Source: an uncultured Clostridia bacterium
GTDB lineage: Bacteria; Bacillota; Clostridia; TANB77; CAG-508
NCBI GenBank assembly: GCA_948934525.1
Contig: CAQZSK010000001.1
Coordinates: 96,453-160,452 of the forward strand
Reading direction: 5' to 3'
Length of the DNA stretch: 64,000 nucleotides
The position numbers and the translations under genes are program-made. This document shows positions 21,701 to 33,766 of the stretch, piece by piece. The first letter of the stretch is position 1. Each line of letters starts with the position of its first letter. A model generated the notes under the pieces. It was given only the letters and a program-made list of their open reading frames with translations. It was not told the DNA's origin and ran no database searches.

Positions 21701-23942
21701 TAATACAATATCTGAGGCAAGTCCACATCTTAGATAACTTCCTTCTAATAAGTCATGGCTTAGTACAGTATTTTCTGGAATTTCTTTAGCAAGAACTGTA
21801 GAAAATACTTCTACATCATAAATACCTTTTCCTGTAAAAATTCCCTCTTCAAAATTATCTTGATAAATGTCGGAAATAGCATTAGTGTAAGCATCCTTTC
21901 CTCCAGAGCCCGCATAGATTTTAGTAAATAAACTTTTCCCTACTTCTAATAGAGAAATTCCTACTCTTGGCTGTAATAGTGCATGACCTTCTATAACTAA
22001 GTCTTTTCTTTCATTTAGAATAGGAGTATTTAAAATATGTGCCATTCCTCCAATTAGTTCTAGTCCTGTGTTCAGGGTTAATCCGAGTATCTGCGTCTAA
22101 TGTGATAATATATTTTATTTTGGGTAGTTTTTCTTTCATCTCTTCTATCGTATTTGCTAAAAAGTTATTCTTTTCTTTACCTAAAATATATTCATTAAAT
22201 TGATTTAATAATCCCCTTTTTCTCTCCCAACCTAAGTAGCATTCTTCTTTTTCATTCCATACTCTTTGGCGATATAGGAAATGAAATTTAGGAAAGTTTG
22301 CATCTGGATATTTTTCATTTAATCTCTTTGTTTCTTCTTTTCCACTTTGAATAACATCTTCATCAAATGGCTCTTTTTGATTTTTTCCTGCACTACAATC
22401 TCCTAGAATAGCAAAGTATAAATTATCACTCTTGTTTGCCATATAGTACACTTCTAATCGCTCCATTAATCCTTTTACTTTTTCTTTGGAAGTTAGAATT
22501 GTAGGAATAACTACAAAAGTGCTACTTTCTTGTGGCACACCATCTATATAGTCTAGTTTTGGAATCATTTTAGGTTTGATAAACTTCCCTAGAATATATT
22601 GCCCTATTTGCACCCAAATTACTTCAATTGGGATGAGTAATAATAAAGCTAGTAAAATAGACCAAGCAATTTGATGTGTTTGTGTATATAAATACCATGC
22701 AAATATACTACTAGTGCTTAGTGTTAATATGATTAAAAGGATAATTGTACACAAGACTTTTTTGCTGTTTGAAGTTCTTTTGGGCCTTTTTCCAGTTAAT
22801 TGTTCTAATAAAGACTGTCTTCCTACGTCTAGTAAGTAATATCCAATATGAGCTCTTTTGATATTTTCTTGTTGTTTTTGTTCTGTAGCTTTTTGACTTA
22901 GTTCTAAACATTTTTTGCTAATATAGATTTCAGAAATTTTCGTTTTTTGTGAGATTTCCTTGATTTGATTTCTATAAGCTACTTTGGTCTCATAATCCAT
23001 TTTATCATAAACACCTGCAGGGTCTTGTTTTAAAATGTCTTCTACTCCATTAATTTGTTCAAAGATTTCTGCCATACTAATTCTACTTAGTGTTTTAATG
23101 CTGGTAATACAGTTTCCTACTGCAATTTTGCGAAGCGCAATATCAAAATGTTCTTTTTCTACCACTTCTGATACTGCCATCCCCATTTTATTAACTTGTT
23201 CTTCTAACACCATTAGGAATGGATACGCTTTTTTCCCATATTTTTTTAGTCGATATGAAAGATATTCAATAAAAGGGTATTTCATTTCTCTATATCCTTT
23301 TACCTTTTCTTTGTAACTATTTAAATGATTAAATTGTAACTCATCTTTTTCTTTGTTTTCTACTAATCTTTCTATCATATTTTCTACTTTATATTTTTGT
23401 ACTTGAACAGAGTAGATTTTTTCGCATACTTCTCGAATATTCTCAATTAGAGCAAGCTTTAAAAAGAGATTAATATTCCAAATCTCCTCCATACTTAAGC
23501 TCTTTTTTCTTTGATATGCTTGTAATAGTTGACTTAACGTTTTTCCATCTATTTTATTATTAGTATAATTTACTATTTCACTAGCTAACACATAAATTCT
23601 AGCAAATCCTTTGTAAGCACCATTGGCAAGACCTAAAAACTGAGTATATTTTTTTAAACTTAAATCTTGTTTGATGTTTTTTACGGTTTGATCTATGACA
23701 TAATAGTTATCTAGTATCCATTCTCCTGCTGGATGAATAGGAATTTTTAATTTAATATGTTCATTTAATAATTGATATACTTCTGTAATGACTTCAAAGT
23801 TTTCTCTTAGTCTTGGAATTGGGTACGTATTTTTGCTAGAGGTATTTTGCAAATTATGGTCTGTTGCTATGGTTTCTAAATAATTTTCTAATTGATTTTG
23901 ATTTAAAATAGTTCCTTTCATGGATAAAGTTTTGTATTCCAT
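15797..23942 (-). CDS. Giant cyclic beta-1,2-glucan synthase-like protein (N-terminal TM region plus GT2/GT84 glycosyltransferase, C-terminal GH94 phosphorylase domain). Frame interrupted by one extra C near 22085 (in-frame CGG).
   Basis: ORF-track fragments 22011..23942 (643 aa, ends ...IITLDADT-CGG) and 15797..22045 (2082 aa). Removing one nt gives ...LDADTGLTLNTGLELIGGMAHILNTP... GT DxD motif LDADT. GH94 hallmark QSGGAFGFRDQLQD. The start at 23942 has RBS aaggag. Confidence 0.7.
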
Positions 23943-24108
23943 AGAAAAAATTCCACTCCTTGTTTTGATAGTTTTAATTCTATCTTCTCCAAGAAGTGGA
24001 ATTTTTATGCATTTTTTTATATTTATTTCAATGAAAATAGATGCTTGACCAGTGGAAGAATATCTCCTTCGGATTCTTGGAGTTCTCAGCTGTATATCAT
24101 AATCAACA

Positions 24109-24823
24109 TTATGAATTATAAAAATAGTCCATTATTCCATTATAAATTCCCCAAGCAAGTCTGTCTTGATATACATCTGTTAGAAGTTGCTGTTCTTCTT
24201 CCTTATTAGATAAAAATCCACATTCTACAATAGAGATTGGAATTTCTACATGTTTCATGATATATACAGTATCTAATTTCATAGCAATTCTTTTATTGTC
24301 TTTTTGAATTGCTTCATTTAAATTAGCTTGTAAGTTTTTGGCTAAATTTGTACTTTTTTCATCATTTTGTTTATAGAAACATTGCCAACCCCAATATTGT
24401 TCTTGTGGAATTTTATTCAAATGAATAGATACAAAGATATCTGCTGAACTTTCATTTCCAATTTTTACACGATTATGAATATCTGATATTTTTTTCTCTC
24501 GTAAAGTAGTTTTGTCTAAATCATAAATTGCATTTTCATCACTACGTGTTAAAATAACTGTTGCCCCTGACTGTTCTAATAAGTTTTGTACTTTTAATGC
24601 AATTTTTAAATTGGTCTCTGCTTCTGTTGTACCTGTACTAGATTGTGCTCCTTCATCAGGCTTTCCGATGCCCTGCATCTAACACAATTACTTTATTAGA
24701 TACAGGAAGTGTAACTGTTTGTACTGTCTTATTTATGTCTGCTTTTTGAAATGTAAAAGCAAATACTGCTATTAGTAATAAACTAGATATCGCAATTAAT
24801 CTTTTTTTATTTATTATAATCAT
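24109..24823 (-). CDS. cwlD: N-acetylmuramoyl-L-alanine amidase, Amidase_3 family (CwlD-like, sporulation-type), with signal/TM anchor. Frame interrupted by an extra C at about 24667 (in-frame CGG).
   Basis: ORF track shows only 24109..24678. The upstream frame from ATG 24823 reads MIIINKKRLIAISSLLLIAVFAF...VIVLDAGH-CGG. Removing the C restores DAGHGKPDEGA, the Amidase_3 DAGHGG..D.GA motif. About 237 aa in total, as for B. subtilis CwlD. Confidence 0.65.
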
Positions 24824-24875
24824 AAAAAATCACCTTTTAAATTATATTTTAAAAAGTGATTTTTATGCGTGAAAG

Positions 24876-26228
24876 TTATAAAAGAGACCTATTTCTTCTA
24901 TCTTCAGCATCTCCCCAAGGTGTTCTTCCTTCTTCTTCGTCTCCTTGCTGTGCTTCTGATTTTTGTTTTTGCTCTTCTTTTTTAAATTTTCCTTGTGCAA
25001 TTTCCTCATTTACTTTTTCTTTTGATTCTTCTATGCTTAGCGCTTCCTCTCCTACTATATAGTCAAAAATTTGTATCGCTTCTGGTTTTTGATATCCTTC
25101 TTCCATCAAACTTTCGATAAATTCGCTGGGGTGTTGTATTAAATACATTTCGCTATATTCTATTCCATCTTCTTTTAAGCCGGTTTCTTCTGCTTTTTCA
25201 TATGCTTCTGTTTGTCTGTCTGGATCTGATCTTCTTGTACGAATAGAAGTAGTCGCATTTACTGCATGTGAATTATATTCTCTTCCTCTTACTTCTATAT
25301 CATGTGCTAACCACTCGCCATTTTTTCCTTGTCTAGCTTCTTCAATATCTAAATAGCCATATGTATCAATCTTAATATTAATTCTAATATCTCTAATGTC
25401 TTTATCTACATTATTAAGCCCTTTTGTTTTCATCACTTGATAAGGAACTTCTTTTGTAACAGGACTTCCATTATCGCCTATACTAACAGTCTCCTGTCTT
25501 AAAGAGGTACTAGAGGGCTCAAAGTATTTTGAGGGCTTAGATTGTCCATTACTATCTATATATTCTGCTCTAACAACTCCCTGATTGTCACGATAAAAGT
25601 ACAAATTTGGTTCAAGATTTGGATGATCTTTATATAGATTACTATCTGTTTTTATCATTAATATACTATGACTTGGTATCTTTTTTGCTTTTGCAATTTC
25701 TTCTTTTTGTTCCTCTTCTGGTGTCTTTTCCTCATCTTTTTGTTCTGATTTTCCGCTACTTTCTGTATTTTTTCCCTTCATCTTATTATCGTCTTCTATC
25801 ATTTTTTCATTTTTAGATGCTATATGTTGTCTTTCTTGTCTTGTTAATACTTTATCTTCTTTCTCTAATTCTTCTGGTAATTTAAAATCCAAGTCTTCTA
25901 GTTGAAGTAATTGCACAAATCTTTCATCAATTTGTTTTAAATTTTCTATATATTCTGGCATAAAGTGTAATTTTCCTTGTTCATCTACAGTAGCAATTAG
26001 AGTATTTGTTTTTCCAGAATATATTTCATAGGTATTTGTATTGTCTAGTATATTCTCTATTTTAGCTACAAAAATATCTGTTTCTGCTAAATTGCTGCCT
26101 TGAAAAATAAAGTTTTTATAATAGTTAATTGTACCTACTTGAATGTCTTCACTTTGCTTTCCTTGTTCAATTAATTCACCTATTTCCATCATTTTTTGTA
26201 AAGTATCTTGTTCTTTATTTTCTGACAT
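24876..26228 (-). CDS. Hypothetical acidic, charge-rich protein (450 aa), part of the conjugative-element-like cluster
   Basis: ORF only. Very E/K/D-rich middle region. No TM segment. Confidence 0.4.
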   Translation of the reverse strand: MSENKEQDTLQKMMEIGELIEQGKQSEDIQVGTINYYKNFIFQGSNLAETDIFVAKIENILDNTNTYEIYSGKTNTLIATVDEQGKLHFMPEYIENLKQIDERFVQLLQLEDLDFKLPEELEKEDKVLTRQERQHIASKNEKMIEDDNKMKGKNTESSGKSEQKDEEKTPEEEQKEEIAKAKKIPSHSILMIKTDSNLYKDHPNLEPNLYFYRDNQGVVRAEYIDSNGQSKPSKYFEPSSTSLRQETVSIGDNGSPVTKEVPYQVMKTKGLNNVDKDIRDIRINIKIDTYGYLDIEEARQGKNGEWLAHDIEVRGREYNSHAVNATTSIRTRRSDPDRQTEAYEKAEETGLKEDGIEYSEMYLIQHPSEFIESLMEEGYQKPEAIQIFDYIVGEEALSIEESKEKVNEEIAQGKFKKEEQKQKSEAQQGDEEEGRTPWGDAEDRRNRSLL

Positions 26229-26242
26229 ATTTTTACCCTTTC

Positions 26243-27457
26243 TTATACTTCAAAGGACATTATAAAATCAGTTCCTTCTTTTAATTGCATAACAAAAGTT
26301 TTCGTTATTTCTTCTGCCGATAATCCTACTCCACTTTTTATTTTATATGTGCAAAGATATAAATTTCCTTGTTTTTCTATTTTGGAAATATTTCCTATAT
26401 TGTTGTTCCAAAAATTCTTTTCTGCATATTTCTCAAATTCAGCTTCTGTTTTAAAGTTATTATTTCTAAATGTTTGGTCTAACAAATTATAAGCAGTTTT
26501 ATATTCTTTTTCATTTAACATTCTAATAAATATAGATATATTATTATTTACCTTTTCTTCTTGACTAAATTCATTATATATTCCTATATATTTGGCATCC
26601 TTAATGGTATATTCATCCAACAAAATACTATAATTCATTACACTTTTTTCTTTTATCGTAAAATAATATTTGTTATTGTCTCTATAATAATATTCCATAT
26701 TTTCATTTGCTTTATTAGTTCCATAATGTGTAAGAGTTCCATTTTCTATTTTTTCTATATTGTTTTCTATATACTTTTTGAAGTTTTCTATATTACCAAA
26801 CTTCTTTTGTTTGTATTCATCATCTAAGAATTCATAAGCTAAGTTGGGATTATTTTTCGCCTTTTGTACAAAATCTTTTACATATCTACGGACCATTTCT
26901 TCATCACTTATTTCTATATATTGATATGCATTATATTCATTTGCAATAATATTTTCATTTCTAATTTTTGTAGTAACTCCTTGAACGATACTTTCAAATT
27001 CAGTTTTATCTAGTCTTTCTATTATGTATGTACTGTTAGCATTATCTAAATATAAAGCAAAATAGACTGCTTTATTTCCTACTTCTGTTGCAGAAATATA
27101 ATAATTTCCATAAGAAACAGCTTCTTTATAGTATATCTGTTTTATTTCTATATTAGTTGAGTTTAAATAATTAGCTTTATCCAAATTTACAGCGCCTATT
27201 GCTGTTTGATTATTTTCTGCTATATATAATTCATATTTCTTTATAATATTTTGAACTGTATAATATAAATTTCTGCTATTTAGTACTTGTACTTCTTGTT
27301 TTACCTTAATTATTGTATCTCCTTCTACTACATTATTAACTTCTCCTTTGTCTGTTTCTTGCTCTTCTCTGCTATATTGATATAATGTAAAAATTGCTAC
27401 AATTAAGATAATGATAAGACCAATAATAATTAATATCCATTTCTTATAGTTATCCAT
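26243..27457 (-). CDS. Hypothetical membrane-anchored protein (404 aa, N-terminal TM)
   Basis: ORF with N-terminal hydrophobic helix ILIIIGLIIILIVAIF. No recognised domain. Confidence 0.4.
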   Translation of the reverse strand: MDNYKKWILIIIGLIIILIVAIFTLYQYSREEQETDKGEVNNVVEGDTIIKVKQEVQVLNSRNLYYTVQNIIKKYELYIAENNQTAIGAVNLDKANYLNSTNIEIKQIYYKEAVSYGNYYISATEVGNKAVYFALYLDNANSTYIIERLDKTEFESIVQGVTTKIRNENIIANEYNAYQYIEISDEEMVRRYVKDFVQKAKNNPNLAYEFLDDEYKQKKFGNIENFKKYIENNIEKIENGTLTHYGTNKANENMEYYYRDNNKYYFTIKEKSVMNYSILLDEYTIKDAKYIGIYNEFSQEEKVNNNISIFIRMLNEKEYKTAYNLLDQTFRNNNFKTEAEFEKYAEKNFWNNNIGNISKIEKQGNLYLCTYKIKSGVGLSAEEITKTFVMQLKEGTDFIMSFEV

Positions 27458-27465
27458 TTTCTCTC

Positions 27466-30070
27466 CTATCTTGAAACTAAAAAGTAACCATTTATTCCTC
27501 TTAATACATTGTCAATATTATCCCATCCTGTTAAACTGCCATTTCCATGATCATATGGGTTAGATACATAAACTTGTTCTCCTTTAATATCTAGTAAAGG
27601 CATCCAGTGCTCACTAAAAGTATAACTTGATGTTGAATTCACATGAATAATTACTTCTCCTCCTGCATTTAAGTGATCCATAATTGTGGATTTTGCATTT
27701 CCATAAAGCATTCCTGTTGTACCCTTTAAGTATTTTTTCGTATCTGTTGCTGTTGCTATAATATTACCTTTTCCACCAAAGGTTCCAGGGTTTACATCAT
27801 ATCCATATCCACTAATAACAATTGCCATACTAGTAATATTACACCCTGCCTCAGCTATTGTTCTTCCTGAATATCCATGAATCATAGTACTATAACTTCC
27901 TCTGTTTTGTTTAAATTCTTTATATGTTCTTCCTGTTTTACTACTTGTATATGTTGTACTATATCCATTTCCTTGTGCTGCACTGCTTCCTCCTGTTGAT
28001 ATTCCAACACTATTATATATTTTAAGCATTTCTGCTACAACAGAATTTCCCCATTCAGCACTACAATATGTTGGTGCTATTGTTTTCACAGTATTTCTAC
28101 CTGCTTTAAAATAGTAACTACTATTTGCTATTAAGTCTCCGAAGTCAAGAATGGCTTCTCTATAGCTTGGATATACTCTCCATGTTCTTTCATTAGAACT
28201 ATTTGGATCTCTATATGTTTGTCCGTTATAGGAGCCTGTTACACTCATCCAGTTATGTGTTTCTGGTGCAATGGCCGACCAATTAGTACCTCCACTTGAT
28301 TCGACAATTGTAACAGCTATTGCAAATACAGCATTTACATTGTATGTATTTTGCATTTGTATAAATGTTCCTGCATTTTGTTCTAAATTTGTTCTTGCTT
28401 GACCACTATAAGTTGCATTAATTGCTTCTTTTAGTTTATTCACATCTGTGATTACTATATCCTTTTCAGACATAGCTGTATTTACAATAATGTCTTCACC
28501 TGTAATATCCATTAATTCATTTTTATACATATTTTCAATATCTTCTAATGTTACATCTCCATATATGTTACTATTCATATATTTATTCATAATAAATCTC
28601 ATTACAGTTTCCATTCCTGCTGTTTCTGGATCTTGACTTAGTAATAAGAAAAATAACTCTGCATCTGTCCTTAGAAAGTTTCCTGCTTTTCTTTTTTCTT
28701 TTGAATTTGGAACTTTATATTCTTTGTTTAATAGCTTAATAAAGTCATCTGTGTTGTCTATAAAATCTGTAGCAATTCCAGCATCATAAGTGTCTTTTTT
28801 AGTTGAAGTATGTACAGTTGATTCTTCTCTTGTTATCCATGAAACTTCACCTATTTCATCAGATCCAAGGGGAGGTTCCTCTTCACTTTCTTGAGGAATC
28901 GTGTAATCATCTTCTACTGGTGTACCTGGTATTTTACTATAAATAACATCTTGACTGCCAATCCATGTATCTACTGATGTTACTTTGACAGAAGGAATTA
29001 CAGTAATAATTGTCGTTGTTGTAGTTGTTGTAGTCAATGTTGAGGAATCATAAGGAATTACTTGTCTATCTATTACTTCTCCATTTTCATCAGTTATTAG
29101 TTCTTCTTTATTCCCTTTTATATGTTCTGTCTCTTTATCTACTTGTGTATTAATTTCTGTTGTCGTTTCATTCAAAACAGTTAACTGTATATTTGTTCTT
29201 GATTTTACTAACTTTACAACATCTGCTAAAAACTCTGGATTTCTTGTTACCATACCTAATTCTAAAAAGAAATTCATTGGTGTAGCATATTGTGAAATCA
29301 TACTTTTATAATCTATAGGAGGTAATTCTGTTGCTTCATAAGTTGTCTGACTACTATTGTTGCCAAATAAATGTCCTTCTGTTGTACTTGATACTTCTAC
29401 AGTTGTTGTTACTAATGATGCTAATATTAATTGTCCTTGTGGGTTGATAGAAAAGTAATTCTGAATATTTGGATCATTTCTTTCTACTCTTTTTTTGAAA
29501 GTATCTTCATTTTCATTATCTGATTGATATTTGATATAAGTTAAGGTTTCATATGGTGAGAGGTCTTTTCGTCCTAGTGTAGATTCTGGGTATAAGTATA
29601 CATGTCCTTGTTTATCTAAATTATCGTTTCCTCTTTTTAATTCTTGTGTCATAATTTGTGCTTCAAAGAACATTCGAATATATTTTCTTTTGGCTTCTTT
29701 GATTACTTTTTCCCTATCTGGGTCCTCATAATCAATTTCTCCGTAGTAATTCCAAATCGTCTATATCTATTCCTGTCTCCTCTATCATTGCTATTAATTG
29801 ATCTAATTTTTCATCATCGATTTCAATTGCTGTTTGGTCACCTGTAAAGACATCTACTATACTGTTAATAATTCCTTGACAAAGGTCTACTACGACTTTT
29901 CCCACTGCAACTAAACAAGATACTACTAGTGCTCCTAATAATATTTTAAGTAAAATGGGAGCTAATTTTAGTAAAAACTCTTTTATCTTTTGTTTTGCTG
30001 TTGCTTTTACTTTTTCTTTTCCCATTTCTTTTAATTGATTACCTACATTTTGTTTTTCATCGTCTCCCAC
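27466..30070 (-). CDS. Bifunctional cell-wall hydrolase of conjugative-element type (CwlT/TcpG-like: lysozyme-like muramidase/glucosaminidase domain plus C-terminal papain-like Cys peptidase). Frame interrupted by an extra C at about 29743 (in-frame CGG).
   Basis: ORF-track fragments 29732..30070 (112 aa with TM, ends ...DDLELL-CGG) and 27466..29673. Removing the C gives ...LELLGEIDYEDPDREKVIKEAKRKYIRMFFEAQIMTQ..., one protein of about 850 aa. Lysozyme-like segment VFAIAVTIVESSGGTNW. Cys...His peptidase motifs in the last 200 aa. Confidence 0.6.
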
Positions 30071-30107
30071 TTTTTCTCACCTACTCTCTTTATTGCAGTT
30101 ACCCCTT

Positions 30108-31061
30108 TTATAGCCATATTTCTATTGTAGTTTTTTCTGGATTTTCTTGCTTTGTATCATATTGTTCCTTATCCAAATAAATATTTGTCATCTGCATTTT
30201 TTCTATTTGGCTTTGTGTCATATATATCTTATTAAATTTTACATCTATTGTTTTACGATATTGTGGATTTAACACAAAACTACTCATTGGCGTTTCAGAA
30301 ATGACAGACTTAAATTTGTTATTATTTCTTCCAATCAACACAAAATTATCTGTATCAGTACCGTCATTTAACAAAACAGTTTTTTGTGTACCATTTTGAA
30401 CTGTAATATGATATATTTCATAATCTAAATAAATACTCTTACTATTTATTTGAATTTCAATTCCTTTATTGCTGCCCTTTTTATTTAAAGTTTCTTTTCT
30501 AATAAATTTATTGATATTTAATTTATATACACCATCTAATTTTATTAAAGTAATATAATCCATAAAGTTGCTACTTGAGGTTTGTCCACCTGTTTGTAAC
30601 AAACTTCCTTTGTTATATATAATTCGATATGTGTGACAATTGGAATTAGAATACCATAATTCTAATTTATAATTTACTTCTTCTTTAAATATCTGGTTAA
30701 TATAATTGCTAATAAATATTTCTTTTGTTGGATATAGTTCTGCTTTACAGTCGTCTGATAATAGATTATATGCTTCTTCTATTTTATTTTGATTACAGTA
30801 ATTTACAAATTGTTCAATAAACTCTGAATTCTCTTCTGTTTGTTTTTCTGTTAATTTATCATTGGATATAACTGACTGATTTGGTTTTGTTATATCATTT
30901 GCCACTATAGGTTTTGGCGTTATGTTATTTCTTTCTCTTTCATTTTGACTTCTTATCATTGCATTTATCATTTGAATGATAATAATAACAAGAGCTATAA
31001 CCGCTATAGTTATTAATATCTTTCTTTTGTTCTGATTCCAATATCTTAATAACTTAATCAT
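30108..31061 (-). CDS. Membrane-anchored T4SS accessory protein (VirB8/TcpC/ConB-like candidate)
   Basis: 317 aa. N-terminal TM, then a soluble domain. Sits between the VirB6-like gene and the hydrolase gene. Confidence 0.3.
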   Translation of the reverse strand: MIKLLRYWNQNKRKILITIAVIALVIIIIQMINAMIRSQNERERNNITPKPIVANDITKPNQSVISNDKLTEKQTEENSEFIEQFVNYCNQNKIEEAYNLLSDDCKAELYPTKEIFISNYINQIFKEEVNYKLELWYSNSNCHTYRIIYNKGSLLQTGGQTSSSNFMDYITLIKLDGVYKLNINKFIRKETLNKKGSNKGIEIQINSKSIYLDYEIYHITVQNGTQKTVLLNDGTDTDNFVLIGRNNNKFKSVISETPMSSFVLNPQYRKTIDVKFNKIYMTQSQIEKMQMTNIYLDKEQYDTKQENPEKTTIEIWL

Positions 31062-31084
31062 TGTTATAGCTCTCCTTTTTTATT

Positions 31085-33758
31085 TTAATCTTTTGTGCTT
31101 ACTCCCCTAGCAGTTTTCATCTCCCTTACAATCATGTCAACTGTTTGCATTTTTTCTCTTCCTGTTAGTCCTTGACTTTCTAATCGTTTTGATAAATCTT
31201 CTCTTAAGTCTCTTACAACATCTTTATCTTTTAAGTCTTTTGCACTATAATCTTTTACTTCTTTCATAATAGCTGCAGTCTGTGCTTGTGACCTCTTAGT
31301 TGCTTCTTCTTCTGCAATACCTGCTGCTGCCATTTCTTTCTTAATTCTTTCTTGCATACTTACTGCTTTTAAAGTATCTTTTCCTTCAATTCCAACACTG
31401 TCATAATATGCCCCTTGCTCTAGCTTTGCTTTTAATTCTTTTCTAGAAGCTTCTGGGAATTTTTGTCTATATAATTCCTCATGTTCTTTTACATAACTTT
31501 CTTGCCTTTTTTTCATACTTGCTTCATAACTGGTTCCTGCACCTTGCCTATAAGCATCTGCTACAAATGAACCTGCTCCAGCTACTGCACTTGAGCCAAT
31601 TGTACTGCTTAGTGCGGCTCCTGTTAATGCATATTTACCAATGTCTGATAATTCATCACTAGCAATACCTGCTGCCATACCAAGTACAGCACCTGGTGCT
31701 GCTTTTAGAGCTGCTTTTCCTACTGTTTTTCCTGTTTGTAATGCCACATTTCCTACTCCCTTAGCGGCTCCTACTGCTGCTCTTCCAGTAGACTTTGCAA
31801 AACTAACAGCTGAATTTCTAATTGGTTTTGGAATATAAGTCCTAGCTGCATCACCTATTGGCTTAGCTATTTTAGCTGATGCCATATCTCTTACACTTTT
31901 TGCTCCATCTCCAATAGTTCTTCCTAATCTAATTGCTCCCTGACCAAAACCTGAATTGACAAATTTGTCACCTGCCCAAGAAGCACCTGTTCTCATTATG
32001 CCTCCTAAATATTCTCCTGCTCCTCTTTCATCATTTTCTGACCATTGGAACGCTCCCTTTCCATGTATCTCATCTTGTGCGCTATTTCCACCATCTGGCA
32101 TCATCTCTGCAATTTGTGCATCATCATATCCAGAATCTTGTAATATTTGCCTATATTCACTATCTGAATATTGCATACCACTTGATTGGTTAGCATCCCT
32201 TGCCATTGTGTCTCTTTCTGCTGCATCCCAACTACTTGTTCCATATCCTTCATCATAAGCATCTAGCATTCTTTGCTGAGGTGTTTCTTCTGGATTATTC
32301 CCTCCACCTTCATTTCCTGCTGTTAAACTATTATTGGCATCATTTTCCTTACCAAACGCATCTTTAATAGATGGCGCAGAGCCTTCTGGCTTATCTTTCG
32401 TTTTAATTCCTTTACTTCCACCAGCTCCGCCACCTTTCTTAGCTCCCATAAGCTTTTGCATTTGGCCCATAAGTGCTGCGCCTCCCGCTGCACTTGCAAC
32501 AGCTCCTAATGCACCTGCTGTACTTGCCTTTTCGAATCCAAAGAACTTACGAAGTATTTTTTCAGCTGGTGTAATGAATGCTAATGCAACAATTGCAAAT
32601 AGTGGGTTCTTAGCTGCTAAATCAATTGCTGACCCTACAAAAATACTATAAATAATTAAGTGGAATGGTTGCAATAGTGCATTAAACGCATATTCTTTTA
32701 ACCACATATCAAAAGCTTGCGCCTTTCCATCTCTCATTTTATCAATTGGATAAGTTAATGCTACAAGTGGTGAAATTAGTGTCAAAAATGCAATAGTTAA
32801 CACCCTTTTTAGATAATAGAATGTAAACATAAAAGTATAAATTACCATTGCTATGTATAAAATTAAGTATAGAACCTTTCCTCCTACATCTGGAGCTTGC
32901 ATTTTAAATCTAATGAGGCCCATTAAATCTGTATTAAATTCTGTACCTGTTGAAGAACCATTCTCATCAGTTACTTGAACTGCAACATTATTTCCGTTAT
33001 TACTTGCACTACCACTAATTGCTCTTGTAATTTCTGTTACAATTGTTGTTGTAAATGTCATAATATAATGTAAGCAAAATAGGATACACATAGCTACCAG
33101 CCAGTCCATTAACATTTGCTTAAATTTGGCTTTATCTGATGCTGTACTACTAATTACAATTCTAATACCTACATATACTAACACTAGCATTAAGGCTACT
33201 AAACATAAATTTCTTAATGATACATACCAAGTTGCTATTGTTTCATGTAAAGCTATTGTAATAGAACGTTCGTTCATATCATCAGTTCCCCAATCCTTTG
33301 GGTCTACAAAGTTGATGTCTAATGCTGGAATTAAGCCTGCAAATATTTTTTCTGGTGAATATTTCATTACTGGGATAGAATAATTACTATTTCCGCCAAA
33401 AGCTTTTGTCTAGTTCATCCTCACTAACTGTAACTTCTGCTTCTCCATTTCCTGTGGAGTAAGCAAATTCAGGATACTTACTAGGATCAAATTTATCTTT
33501 GCTTACTAAGAAAGCATTTAAAATTCCTTCTGAATCTCCTTCTTCTGTATTACTAAACTCTCCATCTACTAAAAATGCTTGCAATCCTCCTACAAAAACG
33601 TCTAGTACAGTTCCTATCAAATCAAAAAGTGGGTCTAATAAAAGTCCTCCTAATCCTGCTTGTGACTTTACTGGCATAGAGAAACTAAGCAATAATACTA
33701 CTATTATTGATAGAAATATCTTTTGTGTTAACTTATAGTTTGCAACTAATTTCTTCAT
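31085..33758 (-). CDS. VirB6-like polytopic T4SS membrane protein (TcpH/ConG family) with Gly/Ala-rich C-terminal region. Frame interrupted by an extra C at about 33395 (in-frame CGG).
   Basis: ORF-track fragments 33387..33758 (123 aa with signal peptide, ends ...DKSFW-CGG) and 31085..33367 (760 aa). Removing the C gives ...SFWGNSNYSIPVMKYSPEKIFAG..., about 885 aa. Multiple TM helices in the N-terminal half. Confidence 0.6.
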
Positions 33759-33766
33759 AATTCCTC

